Source: Planctomycetota bacterium
GTDB taxonomy: Bacteria; Planctomycetota; PLA2; JAEUHO01
Length of the DNA stretch: 64,000 nt
Reading direction: 5' to 3'
NCBI GenBank assembly: GCA_965222115.1
Contig: CBDCTJ010000007.1
Span: forward strand, 2,400,001 to 2,464,000
The notes under the pieces were generated by a model that saw nothing but the letters and a program-made list of their open reading frames with translations, was not told the DNA's origin and did no database searches. Below, piece by piece: positions 28,588 through 39,309 of the stretch (positions within the stretch are counted from its first letter, which is position 1; every line of letters begins with the position of its first letter). The translations under genes were made by a program, and so were the position numbers.

Positions 28588-29562
28588 GTGAATGTCTCTT
28601 CACCCGTAGCTGCCGTTACGCGGGGGTACGCGCGACCGCCCACGTCGCGCGAACTCATTGTTGATCGGTTCTTTCGAGGTCTCGCCCGAGCGTTCGCGGC
28701 AGGTACGATCTTACTCCTTGGCTGGATCATCTTTGTGATTGGCAAGGAAGCAGCGCCGGCGGTATCGCGTTACGGAACCGACTTTCTTACCGGAACCACA
28801 TGGGATCCTACGCGTGAGCAGTTCAGTATTCTCCCCGAGATTCACGGCACGCTCTATACCTCGATCTTTGGTCTCCTGCTCGGTGGGTTTCTCGGGGTTA
28901 TCACGGCGATCTTTCTGAGTCAGGGATTCTTGGGCCCGCGCCTCGAGCGAATCATGAAGAACGTCGTCGAGCTCTTGGCGGCGATTCCCAGCGTAGTGTA
29001 CGGACTCTGGGGCATCTTCTTCGTGATTCCGGCTGTCAAGCCGGGCGCCGATTGGCTCCACGAGCACTTTGGTTGGTTTCCTCTCTTCAACACCGAACTT
29101 GTTGGCCCAGGCTTCCTTCCCGCGTCGCTTGTATTGGCCATCATGATTCTTCCAACCGTGACGGCGATCTCACGCGAGGCGATGGTCGCCGTGCCGCCGA
29201 AGTTGAAAGAGGCATCCTTTGGCCTGGGCGCGACGCGGTGGGAAACCATCCGCAAGGTCGTGTTGCCCACATCGGCGACCGGTGTGTTCGGTGCGCTAGT
29301 CCTTGGCTTTGGCCGCGCGCTCGGCGAGACGATGGCACTGGCCATGCTCGTCGGCAACGATAACGTGCTCAGTTTCTCTTTGTTCTCTCCCGGAAACACG
29401 CTGTCCGCGCTACTTGCAAACTACTTCCCTGAAGCAAACGCCGTAGAGGTTGGTGCCCTCATGTACGCGGCGCTTGTGTTGTTGCTCATTACGTTGGCCG
29501 TCAACATCGTGGGATCACTCATCATGCTGCGTGCCGGTCGCAATCTAAAGGGGGTGCGGTGA
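28588..29562 (+). CDS. pstC: Phosphate ABC transporter permease
   Basis: ELLAAIPSVVYGLWG, EAS.GLGATRWE, GRALGETMA. Confidence 0.97.
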   Translation: MNVSSPVAAVTRGYARPPTSRELIVDRFFRGLARAFAAGTILLLGWIIFVIGKEAAPAVSRYGTDFLTGTTWDPTREQFSILPEIHGTLYTSIFGLLLGGFLGVITAIFLSQGFLGPRLERIMKNVVELLAAIPSVVYGLWGIFFVIPAVKPGADWLHEHFGWFPLFNTELVGPGFLPASLVLAIMILPTVTAISREAMVAVPPKLKEASFGLGATRWETIRKVVLPTSATGVFGALVLGFGRALGETMALAMLVGNDNVLSFSLFSPGNTLSALLANYFPEANAVEVGALMYAALVLLLITLAVNIVGSLIMLRAGRNLKGVR

Positions 29563-30431
29563 GTAACGCGGGTCCCGATTTGGTAAAGACACTCAAGAAT
29601 CCGCGTACGTTTTCGAGCGCGTTTCTGTCTGTCATGGCAACAGGCCTGAGCCTCGTGGCACTTTTGCCACTGCTGTGCGTGCTCTACATGTTGATTACGA
29701 AGGGTTCCTCGGCCATCAGTGCGGGCCTCTTTACGGAGTTGCCTCCGGCTGCAGGTATGGATGGCGGCGGCATTGGGAATGCCATAGTCGGTACGCTGGT
29801 GATGACCGGTATTGCGTCGTTGCTCTCAATTCCCTTTGGAATCTTGGCGGCCGTATTTCTGTCGGAGTACGGAGGGACCTCAAAATTCGCAGGTGCCGTT
29901 CGTTTCGCCGCCAAAGTGCTTACGGGATTGCCATCCATTTTGGCTGGTGTCTTTGCCTATGCCATTGTCGTGGTCACGATGGGGTCCTTTAGCGCTCTGG
30001 CCGGGGGAGTGGCATTGGCCGTACTCATGTTGCCAACGGTGCTGCTCACTGCCGAAGAAGCGATTCGGATGGTGCCCAACAAGATGCGCGAAGCAGCGGT
30101 CGGCATGGGGTGCACAAAGGCACAGACCGTGCTCAAAGTTGTTTTACCAACGGCAACACCCGGCATTTTGACCGGTGTCATGTTGGCGGTTGCACGTTCC
30201 ATGGGCGAAACGGCACCGCTGCTCTTGACGGCGTTGTTCTCCGACTACTGGTTCTCCGGTGATGTGAGTGAGCCTGCGGCGTCTTTGGCAGTGCTGATCT
30301 ACAACTTCTCCGGTAGCCCATTTGAGAATCAAATCAATTTGGCGTGGGCCGCTGCGTTGGTGTTGGTCGCCTTGGTATTGGTGATCAATATCGTGGGCCA
30401 ACTGTTCACAAGCAAGCAGGCGGTTCGGTGA
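29559..30431 (+). CDS. pstA: Phosphate ABC transporter permease
   Basis: GGIGNAIVGT, GLPSILAG, ARSMGETAPLL. Confidence 0.97.
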   Translation: MSNAGPDLVKTLKNPRTFSSAFLSVMATGLSLVALLPLLCVLYMLITKGSSAISAGLFTELPPAAGMDGGGIGNAIVGTLVMTGIASLLSIPFGILAAVFLSEYGGTSKFAGAVRFAAKVLTGLPSILAGVFAYAIVVVTMGSFSALAGGVALAVLMLPTVLLTAEEAIRMVPNKMREAAVGMGCTKAQTVLKVVLPTATPGILTGVMLAVARSMGETAPLLLTALFSDYWFSGDVSEPAASLAVLIYNFSGSPFENQINLAWAAALVLVALVLVINIVGQLFTSKQAVR

Positions 30432-30557
30432 CCGGAACTGCAGTAGGAGATCCCATGGTGACGAATGTCGTGAATGCCCCTGAGCCGCCCGTTGCGCCCA
30501 GCGACCAAGCCTTCGCGCTTGAGGCCGACATGAAGAAACTCTATTACGGGAAATTCC

Positions 30558-31980
30558 GGCTCTACTGCTCTTTGTGTGGGTCGTACATTTGCGATTTCTT
30601 GTCCTGCCGCCCCTAAGAGGGCGCGGACGGCAGGAAAAGAAATGATGTTTGTTAGAACAGGCTGTCACAACCTAGAGGTGCCCACGGGACTCATGTTTCT
30701 TTGTTGGTTACGAAATCGACAAATCAACAGAGGAGCCCCATGCGCGCCACCACGTTATTGCATCGGATGATCGATGTCCCGGGGATGTACGTCCGATCGG
30801 TAGATTTTTCGCTGCGTGGCGTGATCGCCACGGTGTCTCCGCGCCATCGCCTGCCTCGTTGCAGTGGGTGTGGGGAAAGGGCCCCGGGCTACGATCGGCT
30901 GAGATCTAGGTTTTGGCGCCACCTGGGGATCGGTTCTACGCGAGTGTGGTTCAGATACTCACCGCGTCGCGTGAACTGCTCCCGTTGCGGCGTGCGAGCC
31001 GAGCAAGTGCCGTGGGCTGAGGCTCAGAGCCGATTCACAAAGGATTTCGAGGAAATGGTGGCGTACTTAGTTCGAACGACGGACAAGACGCAGGTCTCAG
31101 TCCAAATGGGCGTGACGTGGCGAACGGTTGGTTCCATCGTCACGCGTGTCGTCGCGAAACGCCAGGATCCCGACCGACTCTCGAATCTGCGCTGGATTGG
31201 CATGGATGAGTTCAGCCATCTTCGCGGACACAACTTCATTACGTTGGTTGTCGATCACGATCGTCGCCGCGTGGTGTGGGCAGCCGAAGGGAAGGATTCA
31301 GCGACGCTACGCAAGTTTTTCGAAGAGATATCGCCGGAGGACGCTGCCAAGATCGAAGGTGTAACGACGGATCTGGCGGGATGGAACCGCAAAGCCATTG
31401 CGACACACATCCCTCAAGCCCAAGTTGTATTCGATCGCTTTCACATCCAGAAGCTAGCAGGCGTGGCACTCGATGAAGTACGCCGCGAACAGCTACGAGA
31501 ACTTCGAGGCACTGATCAAGGTCGGTTCATTTTCTACTCGCGTTACGCAATCCTAAAGAACTACTGTGACCTCGATTCGAAGCAGCGGACCAAGCTCAGC
31601 GAGATCGAGCGGACGAACAAGAAGCTGTATCGCGCTTATCTCCTAAAGGAGTCGCTTGGTGCGGCACTGGATTACCTTCAACCGAAGCGAGCTCGGCGCG
31701 CCCTTCGTGAGTGGCTGGCTTGGGCGTCGCGATCCAAACTCAAACAGTTCGTGCGATTGGCCAAAACGCTTCGGGAGCACTTCGATGGCATCATCGCCTA
31801 CATCAGTTGCCGCATGACCAACGGCATCGTGGAAGGCATCAACAATCGGCTCCGCATGGTGGCTCGACGAGCATACGGATTTCACAGCGCCAAGGCGCTG
31901 ATCTCTATGTTGTTCCTGTGCAACGGCGGCATCGAACTCCATCCGAAGTTGCCATGACCCACATGAAGAGCAGGAGACTC
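30558..31980 (+). mobile_element. ISL3-family insertion sequence (1423 bp)
   Basis: Starts GGCTCT; imperfect 25-bp terminal IRs (20 of 25); 8-bp target duplication GAAATTCC at 30550-30557 and 31981-31988. Confidence 0.95.
30740..31957 (+). CDS. ISL3-family transposase
   Basis: Zinc finger CSGC..CSRC, IGMDEFS, VFDRFHI, TNGIVEGINN..R.AYGF. Confidence 0.95.
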   Translation: MRATTLLHRMIDVPGMYVRSVDFSLRGVIATVSPRHRLPRCSGCGERAPGYDRLRSRFWRHLGIGSTRVWFRYSPRRVNCSRCGVRAEQVPWAEAQSRFTKDFEEMVAYLVRTTDKTQVSVQMGVTWRTVGSIVTRVVAKRQDPDRLSNLRWIGMDEFSHLRGHNFITLVVDHDRRRVVWAAEGKDSATLRKFFEEISPEDAAKIEGVTTDLAGWNRKAIATHIPQAQVVFDRFHIQKLAGVALDEVRREQLRELRGTDQGRFIFYSRYAILKNYCDLDSKQRTKLSEIERTNKKLYRAYLLKESLGAALDYLQPKRARRALREWLAWASRSKLKQFVRLAKTLREHFDGIIAYISCRMTNGIVEGINNRLRMVARRAYGFHSAKALISMLFLCNGGIELHPKLP

Positions 31981-32744
31981 GAAATTCCTGGCGGTTCGAG
32001 ATACGCATATCCAGATCGAGCGCGGCAGCATTACGGCGTTCATTGGGCCTTCTGGTTGTGGGAAGAGCACGGCGCTTCGCTGTCTAAACCGAATGAACGA
32101 TCTCATTCGTGGGTTTCGCTTCGAGGGGTCTATCTACTTTCGCGGCCAGGATATCTATGCCGCGGATGTGGATCCCGTGGCGGTACGTCGTCACATCGGC
32201 ATGGTGTTTCAGCACCCCAACCCATTTGCTATGAGTGTCTACAAGAATGTGGCCTTTGGCCTAAAGCTAAATGGCTTCAAAGGGGACTATGACGAGCGTG
32301 TTGAGAAAGCACTCCGCGGCGCCGCCATCTGGGAAGAAGTCAAAGACAAGCTGAATCAAAGCGGCCTGTCACTCTCCGGAGGGCAACAGCAGCGGTTGTG
32401 CATTGCTCGCGCGATTGCAACGGAACCTGAAGTGCTGCTCATGGATGAGCCCTGCTCGGCCTTGGACCCCATCGCCACCCGTCGCATCGAAGAATTGATG
32501 CAGGAGCTCAAGAAGAAATACACGATTGCCATTGTCACTCACAATCTCCAGCAGGCACAACGCGTTGCCGACAAAACGGCATTTATGTATGTCGATACTC
32601 AGGGCGGCGGTCGTACCGGCTACTTGGTCGAGTACAGCGGCACAATCTTTGATGATCCGCAAGAGGACTCAACGAAGGAGTACATCCGTGGTGAGTTTAG
32701 CTAGCGCACGTCGTCACACGGTTGGGCGGCGTCGGCGTGTCTGT

Positions 32745-33797
32745 ATGGCGATCTCCGTACTATGCATGGGGGGGAGCCTGCTCTGCCTGCTCTGCCTGCT
32801 TCCTGCTTGCGGCGCCAGCGATGCCTCCCAGAACAAGGCCGCCGTATATCTTCGCGGCGCGGGGGCTACGTTCCCGAAACTCATCTACCAAAAGTGGATC
32901 GAGACGTACGAACGAGAGCATCCAGCCATCGATATCGAATATGAGGCTGTCGGTAGTGGTGATGGGGTCAAGCGCTACCTTACAAACGAACCTGGGCTGA
33001 CCTTCGGGGCCAGCGATGTCGCGCCGAATCCGAATCAACTTGACATGGTCCAGCGAGGAGCGGTGCCGATACCTATGACCGCGGGGAGTATTGTGCTTGC
33101 CTACAATCTTCCTGGATTTGACGGCGAGTTGAGGCTCTCCCGCAACGTGATGGCCGGCATCTTTTTGGGCACCATTTCCCAATGGAATGACGAGCAGATC
33201 AAGGCCAGCAATCCCGGGAAGTCCTTGCCCGATCGCGCTATCACCGTGGCCGTCCGCATGGACGGATCAGGCACCACATCGGTGTTTACTGAACATCTCG
33301 CCGCCATTAGCCCTGCCTGGCGCGACGGCCCAGGGATAGGAAAGCGTATCGACTGGCCCTCGCGCACACTTCCAGGTCGAGGAAATGCAGGGGTCGCCGC
33401 ACGGATTCAGCGTTCTCCGGGGTCCATTGGTTACATCCAGTATGGCTTCGCCCAGAAACTGTCGTTGCCCCTGGCCACGTTGGAAAACAAGGCTGGCAGC
33501 TATATCGCGCCAAGTGGAACAAGCGGCACGGCCATGATTGCGAGCCTGAAACTCGATAAGTACTTATGTGGTAGTAACCCCGACCCCGATGGCAAAGACG
33601 CTTATCCCATCGGCTCCCTAACGTGGATCTTGGCATACGGACGATACACCGACACCGCCGAGTCCAAAGCGCTTCGAGACTTTCTCAGTTGGTGCTTGAG
33701 CGAAGGCCAGAGCTATGCAGAAGGTCAAGGGTATCTCCAACTGCCCGATCATGTTCGCAAGCGGGCACTTCAAGCCGTGGGTACGATTCAGCCCTAG
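32745..33797 (+). CDS. pstS: Second phosphate-binding protein (lipoprotein)
   Basis: Lipobox LPAC; GAGATFP, YEAVGSG, RMDGSGTT, IGYIQ, AYPI. Confidence 0.93.
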   Translation: MAISVLCMGGSLLCLLCLLPACGASDASQNKAAVYLRGAGATFPKLIYQKWIETYEREHPAIDIEYEAVGSGDGVKRYLTNEPGLTFGASDVAPNPNQLDMVQRGAVPIPMTAGSIVLAYNLPGFDGELRLSRNVMAGIFLGTISQWNDEQIKASNPGKSLPDRAITVAVRMDGSGTTSVFTEHLAAISPAWRDGPGIGKRIDWPSRTLPGRGNAGVAARIQRSPGSIGYIQYGFAQKLSLPLATLENKAGSYIAPSGTSGTAMIASLKLDKYLCGSNPDPDGKDAYPIGSLTWILAYGRYTDTAESKALRDFLSWCLSEGQSYAEGQGYLQLPDHVRKRALQAVGTIQP

Positions 33798-33884
33798 TGC
33801 ACGTGCACGTGTGATGAGATTCAGTGCAGGCCTCCGCGCGTTCATCGATCGTTCGACGAGAGCGAACAGCCTGCAGGAGAACCC

Positions 33885-34541
33885 ATGATGGGTGCACGGC
33901 GTCTGAACCTCAAGTCGATTGAAGACTCGCTTCGTGCGGTCCAGAAAGACTTCCCGCGTATCAATTCGATCATCAAATCCAAGCGCGAACACATGTCGGA
34001 CGAGATCGTTGAGAATATGCTTGCGGGCTATGAACAGATCAATCGCTACCTAGCGAAAGATAAGCCGCTTCTTGTTCGCAAGCGTCGCGATCACGTATTG
34101 GAACTCAACCACACCGTGCTATGCGGCGCCGAATCCAAGCGCCGCAAGGAGTACAAGAAGCACATCGAGAAGACGCGTGAGCGTTTCTTTTTTGCCGATG
34201 GGTTCAATATTGACGTGTTGCTCGACTGGTATCTTCGACACCGAGATCGCTCGGTGTGGCGTCGCGCATCCGGTTGGTATACGCGCTCAGTGAGTCGTCC
34301 GCAGCTCTTCTTTGAAGGCAATCATCGAACCGGCGCATTGCTGATGAGCTACATGTTGGCCCGTAAGGGCCATCCCCCATTCGTTCTTTCCGTAGACAAT
34401 GCCAAGGGATACTTTGATCCCTCGTCCATGATTAAGCGTACGCACAAGAACAAGCGCACGCTCATGTTTCGCATTCCCGGCCTCGACAAGAAGTTCTCCA
34501 AGTTTTTGCGAGCCCACGCGGATGGTCGGCACTTGAAGTAG
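33885..34541 (+). CDS. Fic/DOC-like protein with variant motif
   Basis: QLFFEGNHRTG aligns with HPFxDGNGR. Confidence 0.65.
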   Translation: MMGARRLNLKSIEDSLRAVQKDFPRINSIIKSKREHMSDEIVENMLAGYEQINRYLAKDKPLLVRKRRDHVLELNHTVLCGAESKRRKEYKKHIEKTRERFFFADGFNIDVLLDWYLRHRDRSVWRRASGWYTRSVSRPQLFFEGNHRTGALLMSYMLARKGHPPFVLSVDNAKGYFDPSSMIKRTHKNKRTLMFRIPGLDKKFSKFLRAHADGRHLK

Positions 34542-34547
34542 CGCCCG

Positions 34548-37500
34548 TTAGTTGCCAGCCACAGCCGCCAACGCCTTCTGCGCGGCCTTCGAGACTTTGA
34601 GGTTGGTGGAGCGAATGTGCTTCTTCAAAAACGTCTTGGCAGCCTTGGCGTCGGGCCCGATATCGCCAAAGGCGTTGATGGTTTGAATGAGGTCAAAACT
34701 TGTCTGGGTGCGTCCAATGGTCAGCAGAGGGCGAACGGCAGGTTTGCCGATCTTTGTGAGCGCGGTGAGCGCTTCCCATCGTTCCGTGTGTTGTGGATCC
34801 CGGTACATGGCGGCGAGTGGCTTAACAGCGCTCTTGGCCTCTTCGCCCATCATGCCCAGCACACGTATGGCGGCAACGCGCAAAGCGGGTTCCGTCGATT
34901 TGAGGTTAGATTTCATGAGCCTGACCGCCTCTTTGCCGCCCTTGGCAACCAACTGAATGGCTTCTTCGGAAAGTGCACGCGGCTTCTTGCCGATGTAGCC
35001 CAGCAAATCCTTTGTGGTGGCGTGACCCACGCGCTGCAACGCGCGAAGTGCATGCACGCGAATCGGATCGGGGTACGACTTGCTGGCGAGTAACGTATTG
35101 AGTGCGGCGACCGACGTGTCGCTATCATCGGCCACCGCTGCGAGCACCTTGGCTTCGCGTATGCCTCGCTTGGGATTCTTCTGAACGATTTCAAGCAAAT
35201 GGTCAATCGCACGATCGTTGGCGCGCCCAATTGCCGTCATGGCATCCAAGATGTCCCCGCGCACACTCGCGTGCAGTTTTCGCTTGAGCAAATCACCAAC
35301 GACGCCCGCAATGGGTGCAGCAACCGGCCCCAAACCGCGCGCAACGAGGACAGCACCGGGCACCGCGCGTTCATCTCGTCCGGAAAGGACCTTGCGCAAC
35401 ACTGGAATTGCCGGCTTGCCAAGTCGTATCAGACCCGCAATGCCTCCGCGCCACATGGCGTCGTCCTTTTCATAGAGCGCCGCACCAAAAATCTCTGCAA
35501 ACTCGGACTGTGGCAGTTTGAGTGTTGCAAAGGCCTCCTCGCCCATGCGACGAATCGTGGGCGACGGATGAATGAGTGCGCCGCATAGGTGAGGGGCCGC
35601 ACGCCGCGGGTTGGCGTGGGCGAGCGCAAGCATGGCCAAACGACGCACGCGCGAAGGACCCTTGTGAACCAAGGGAGCGATCTTGCTGGCATGCGACTTA
35701 ATGCGTTCCGGGGCAATCAACGTTAGCCGCTGGAGGATCGCCAGCCGATGTTCGTCATCGTCGGAGTCAAGTGCTGCGTGCAGTGCGGCCACCACATCAT
35801 CCGAGGCCTGTTGTTGGAAGCCCGCAAGGGCCAATGAAGCGACGGCCCTGATGGAGGCGTCGCTGCTCGTTAGGGATGACTTCAAGATTTTGATGGCAGT
35901 GTCTTCCCCAGGCACAAGCGCGAGTACCGCGGTTGCGGCTTGCGTAGAAACCGTTGTGACCGGATCCGTCATGGCCTTCGTCAGCGCTTCTTTGGCAGGG
36001 GTTGCGCCGTCTCGAGCGTGGGCTAAAGCAGCCGCAGCCGCCGTTCGAATGTCCGCATCACGATGTCTAAGCAAATCCGCGACGCGTCCGATTGCGGTTG
36101 CGGGCAGCGTGAGCTCGTGGGCGAAGCGAGTAAGCAACGTGCGCAGGACGGAGATGTCCTTTTCAGTCAAATGCGCGGCGAGCTTGGTTGTGCTCGAGCT
36201 TGCTTCATTTGGTAGGAAGGCGCGAATCGAGGCGGCTCGCAGTACGGGATCTTTGCTGCGCATGAAGGGCGAGACGACCTCGTCCAATCCGGGCATACGG
36301 TGCAGCGCAACAGCATCCAAGAGGTGCGCGCATTCATCAGCGTTCACCGATTCGCTTTGGAGTCGCGCTTTGATGTGTCGGTGCAAGTCGTTGTGCGGCG
36401 TGTGGTAGCCGTTTGCGAGTAGGCACAATACGCACATGCCGGTGGCATAAACGCGTCCACCATCGGGTCCCCACACGCACTCCGGATTCCACGATCCCGC
36501 ATAGCCGCATGCGTCGCCCGACGTGACTTGACTTGGGAGCAGGGCCTCGACCAAGGCGTTATCCCACCGCTTCCACGCTTCACCACCAACGGTCGCCATG
36601 GCTATTGTGCCGTAGTACCAATAGTAGAGATCTGTAGATCCACGCTTCCGGTCCCACCGAGGCAGTCGGGATAGCACTTGATTTTGACTGCGCTTGTTTA
36701 CACGATGCCATTCTTGCGGCATCTCAGTCGCTGTTGGCGACGTAAGCCGTATCGCCAATGCGCACGCTGTCATGGATCGAGATTCTTCGGCTGGAAACTC
36801 GTCGATCAATTCTATCGGGCGTGCGGATCCAACGATCTTCGAAAAGTACCCCGCGCGACCTAGCCGTGGGTTGATGATCTGCTCACACCATGCGAGCGCA
36901 CCCTTGAATGCCTTGTGCGGGACCGAAAACGAAGGCGCGACGCCACCGTGCCGAATGGCCAACTCGTTTAGACGCCACGCGGCGACCAGGGGCATAAGCA
37001 CAGATCCTGTCATGGACGTGTCGTTTTCACCCGGCCGAATGCCGTAGCGCCACGCAAGGTTCTCGTTTCGACACAATTCAATAAAGTCAATTGCTCGCTG
37101 AGCAATCGGAACGAGGTCACGATCGCCCGTAACGATCACGGCCATGACGAGTGCGTATGTAGCAAACGCATGATTGTACAAATAGTGCTGCGATGAACGC
37201 GGGCTGATACATCCCTCTTGATCCTGTACCTTCTTTAGATAGTCGATTCCCTTTTGCACCGTATGTCGAAAGGGACCCTTGCACTGGTGCCGATGGCCCG
37301 CCGTCAGAAACGCACGCAGCGCGATACCCGTGACCCCGACGTCGTAGGGGGACTTACCCGCCCCCTCGTTCTTGCGGGCGCCCTCGGCAACCTCCTTTCC
37401 ATGACACCAATGCCCGAACTCGGCGGCGCGCCAGCCGCCATCGGGCGCCTGATGTGCCGCGAGCCAACGAAGACCGTTCTCGATGGCCTGGATTCGTTCA

Positions 37501-37709
37501 CGTGCCCGAGCCAGCTTGGCAAGCCGAACCGACGGATGCAGGACGCCGTGTGCCAAGAGCGCGGCAATCTGCCGGTCTTCCGTACTGAGTTCAGCGGCCG
37601 TTGTTGCCGGCTCCTTGGCAAACGATTCGGGCATTGGACTCGTAAACAAAAGCACCATGCACGCAAGAGCAGCCACCCTTCGTCGAAGGCGATTCAAGAC
37701 GTGGCGCAT
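34548..37709 (-). CDS. Secreted prenyltransferase/squalene-cyclase-like repeat protein fused to HEAT repeats
   Basis: GLRWLAAHQAPDGGW, YNHA.AT.AL, WRY, YYWYYGT, GGRVYAT motifs, then many HEAT-like repeats. Confidence 0.85.
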   Translation of the reverse strand: MRHVLNRLRRRVAALACMVLLFTSPMPESFAKEPATTAAELSTEDRQIAALLAHGVLHPSVRLAKLARARERIQAIENGLRWLAAHQAPDGGWRAAEFGHWCHGKEVAEGARKNEGAGKSPYDVGVTGIALRAFLTAGHRHQCKGPFRHTVQKGIDYLKKVQDQEGCISPRSSQHYLYNHAFATYALVMAVIVTGDRDLVPIAQRAIDFIELCRNENLAWRYGIRPGENDTSMTGSVLMPLVAAWRLNELAIRHGGVAPSFSVPHKAFKGALAWCEQIINPRLGRAGYFSKIVGSARPIELIDEFPAEESRSMTACALAIRLTSPTATEMPQEWHRVNKRSQNQVLSRLPRWDRKRGSTDLYYWYYGTIAMATVGGEAWKRWDNALVEALLPSQVTSGDACGYAGSWNPECVWGPDGGRVYATGMCVLCLLANGYHTPHNDLHRHIKARLQSESVNADECAHLLDAVALHRMPGLDEVVSPFMRSKDPVLRAASIRAFLPNEASSSTTKLAAHLTEKDISVLRTLLTRFAHELTLPATAIGRVADLLRHRDADIRTAAAAALAHARDGATPAKEALTKAMTDPVTTVSTQAATAVLALVPGEDTAIKILKSSLTSSDASIRAVASLALAGFQQQASDDVVAALHAALDSDDDEHRLAILQRLTLIAPERIKSHASKIAPLVHKGPSRVRRLAMLALAHANPRRAAPHLCGALIHPSPTIRRMGEEAFATLKLPQSEFAEIFGAALYEKDDAMWRGGIAGLIRLGKPAIPVLRKVLSGRDERAVPGAVLVARGLGPVAAPIAGVVGDLLKRKLHASVRGDILDAMTAIGRANDRAIDHLLEIVQKNPKRGIREAKVLAAVADDSDTSVAALNTLLASKSYPDPIRVHALRALQRVGHATTKDLLGYIGKKPRALSEEAIQLVAKGGKEAVRLMKSNLKSTEPALRVAAIRVLGMMGEEAKSAVKPLAAMYRDPQHTERWEALTALTKIGKPAVRPLLTIGRTQTSFDLIQTINAFGDIGPDAKAAKTFLKKHIRSTNLKVSKAAQKALAAVAGN

Positions 37710-37760
37710 GGCGATTCTCCAAGGTGGCTTGCGACTATCGTTGGCGATATGCGTCGTCGA

Positions 37761-39152
37761 CTACCACTTCCCGTTCTTGCTGTTTACCTTTGAAAACGCC
37801 TTCCAACTCTTGTCCATGGCGTCAAATAACGGCGCAACGGCCTCATCGTACTTGGCGATGAGGCCCTTCGGGCACTTGAGCTTCTTCGCTTTGGTGCGTA
37901 GTTCCTTCATTTTATTTCGAAATGTCTTGTCGTGAATCTCGGTCCAGAGAAATCCCTTCACCACTGCGTCTACACCGTGTCCGAAGGCGTCCTTCTCCTT
38001 GCCCCCGCGCTTCGCGGCAAAGTACTTTTTCAGATGGGTAACGGCGACCTTCTTGTGCTTCTTGAAGGTCTTGACGTGTGTGTCGAGTATCGTGTCACAG
38101 GCAGGAATGCCCATAAAGCGGCGAGCAAAGTAGATATAGTGAGCCGCTTGCTCGGAGTCATCGAGCGTAAGCGAGTCTTTCTCGCCCAGCTTCATGGCTT
38201 CAAGGTGCTCCTTGATCAGGTTGTCGATGGTCTTGATCGCAGCCGCCGCGTCCTTCTTTAGCTTCGCGGGGGCGTCTTCCGTCTCCGAAATCCGCATGGC
38301 GAGTTGATAGGCCCCAGCGTAGTCGTGGCGCTCGGCATTTTTGACTTCTCCAAGCACATCGTTCCAACACACCGCCAATCGGTCTATGTCGTCCGTCGTC
38401 ATGCCCTCGACCCACGCGAGTTGCTGGCTCGTATGCGGTACGGGACCATTGTGCTCGGCCGGCCAGTGATTCCACCACTCAAGGCTTCGCAGTCGAAGTA
38501 GGGGATACTTGCGTTCCGCGTAGCTCTCATAACCGCCCACGCTCTGTACGTACGGTACAGCCGGATCCTGCGTGCCGTGCATCAACACGATGGCTTGATG
38601 GTGGCCCTTCTTTCCCAGTTTGGTCTGAGTCCAGACGCCACTGGCATGAGCAACGACGCCCTGTACGTCCGCCGGGTACTCCCCTGCATAGTAGAGTGCG
38701 AAAAAGGAGCCTTGACTGTGTCCATAGATGTACGTTGCCCGCACATTAAGTAGGCTCATGATCTCTTTGTGAAATTTGTTGAATTTCTTAGCGTCGGCAG
38801 GGCGACCGAATGAGTTGAACTGGATGGGCGTCCGCTGTGACGTGCCATCCGGACTCACGACGATGTCGTCGGGTCGAAAGCTCTTGGATGCGTGGTTGGC
38901 AAACCCCCAGCGATGATCGAGGTTTGAACCGTGGAGGATAAACGTGAGGTTGGCGCCCTTCTTCTTGTCGTAGTTCTTGGGAAGTCGATAGTGGTAGGCA
39001 ATGCCGGTTGGCGATGTCCATTTGAACTGGGTGCCCGCTTGTTTGGGGCTGGGCTCACGTTCGACGATCGACTTAGCAATCGCATCGGGACCCCACGTCA
39101 GGCTCCCCAATAGCCATGCGAGCGCCGCGAATACACGTATGAGCTGCATCAT
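37761..39152 (-). CDS. Secreted alpha/beta hydrolase with helical C-terminal domain
   Basis: Signal peptide; LHG, GHSQG nucleophile elbow, HGTQD. Confidence 0.8.
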   Translation of the reverse strand: MMQLIRVFAALAWLLGSLTWGPDAIAKSIVEREPSPKQAGTQFKWTSPTGIAYHYRLPKNYDKKKGANLTFILHGSNLDHRWGFANHASKSFRPDDIVVSPDGTSQRTPIQFNSFGRPADAKKFNKFHKEIMSLLNVRATYIYGHSQGSFFALYYAGEYPADVQGVVAHASGVWTQTKLGKKGHHQAIVLMHGTQDPAVPYVQSVGGYESYAERKYPLLRLRSLEWWNHWPAEHNGPVPHTSQQLAWVEGMTTDDIDRLAVCWNDVLGEVKNAERHDYAGAYQLAMRISETEDAPAKLKKDAAAAIKTIDNLIKEHLEAMKLGEKDSLTLDDSEQAAHYIYFARRFMGIPACDTILDTHVKTFKKHKKVAVTHLKKYFAAKRGGKEKDAFGHGVDAVVKGFLWTEIHDKTFRNKMKELRTKAKKLKCPKGLIAKYDEAVAPLFDAMDKSWKAFSKVNSKNGKW

Positions 39153-39309
39153 CGCCTCCCGTAGGCCTCCCCCCGGCCTGCCACCATGTTAGCAAAATTC
39201 GAACGCAATCGACCGGACCCTCGTGAGAAGCGAGCGAGGGCGGCTACCTTTCGCATACGAAACAGCCGATAAGATCTCGACCTTTATACGTCCCAAGGAA
39301 GCTCCCGTG

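Larger units (their letters stand above)
30455..32704 (+). pseudogene. pstB: Phosphate ABC transporter ATPase interrupted by ISL3
   Basis: Removing the IS and one target copy restores [33 protein letters not shown]; [13 protein letters not shown] and LMDEP follow. Confidence 0.93.

Noticed and set aside
31711-32292. ORF spanning the IS end as a rescued PstB fusion
   Set aside because: It is in a different frame from pstB; the pstB frame has a TGA at 31964-31966.
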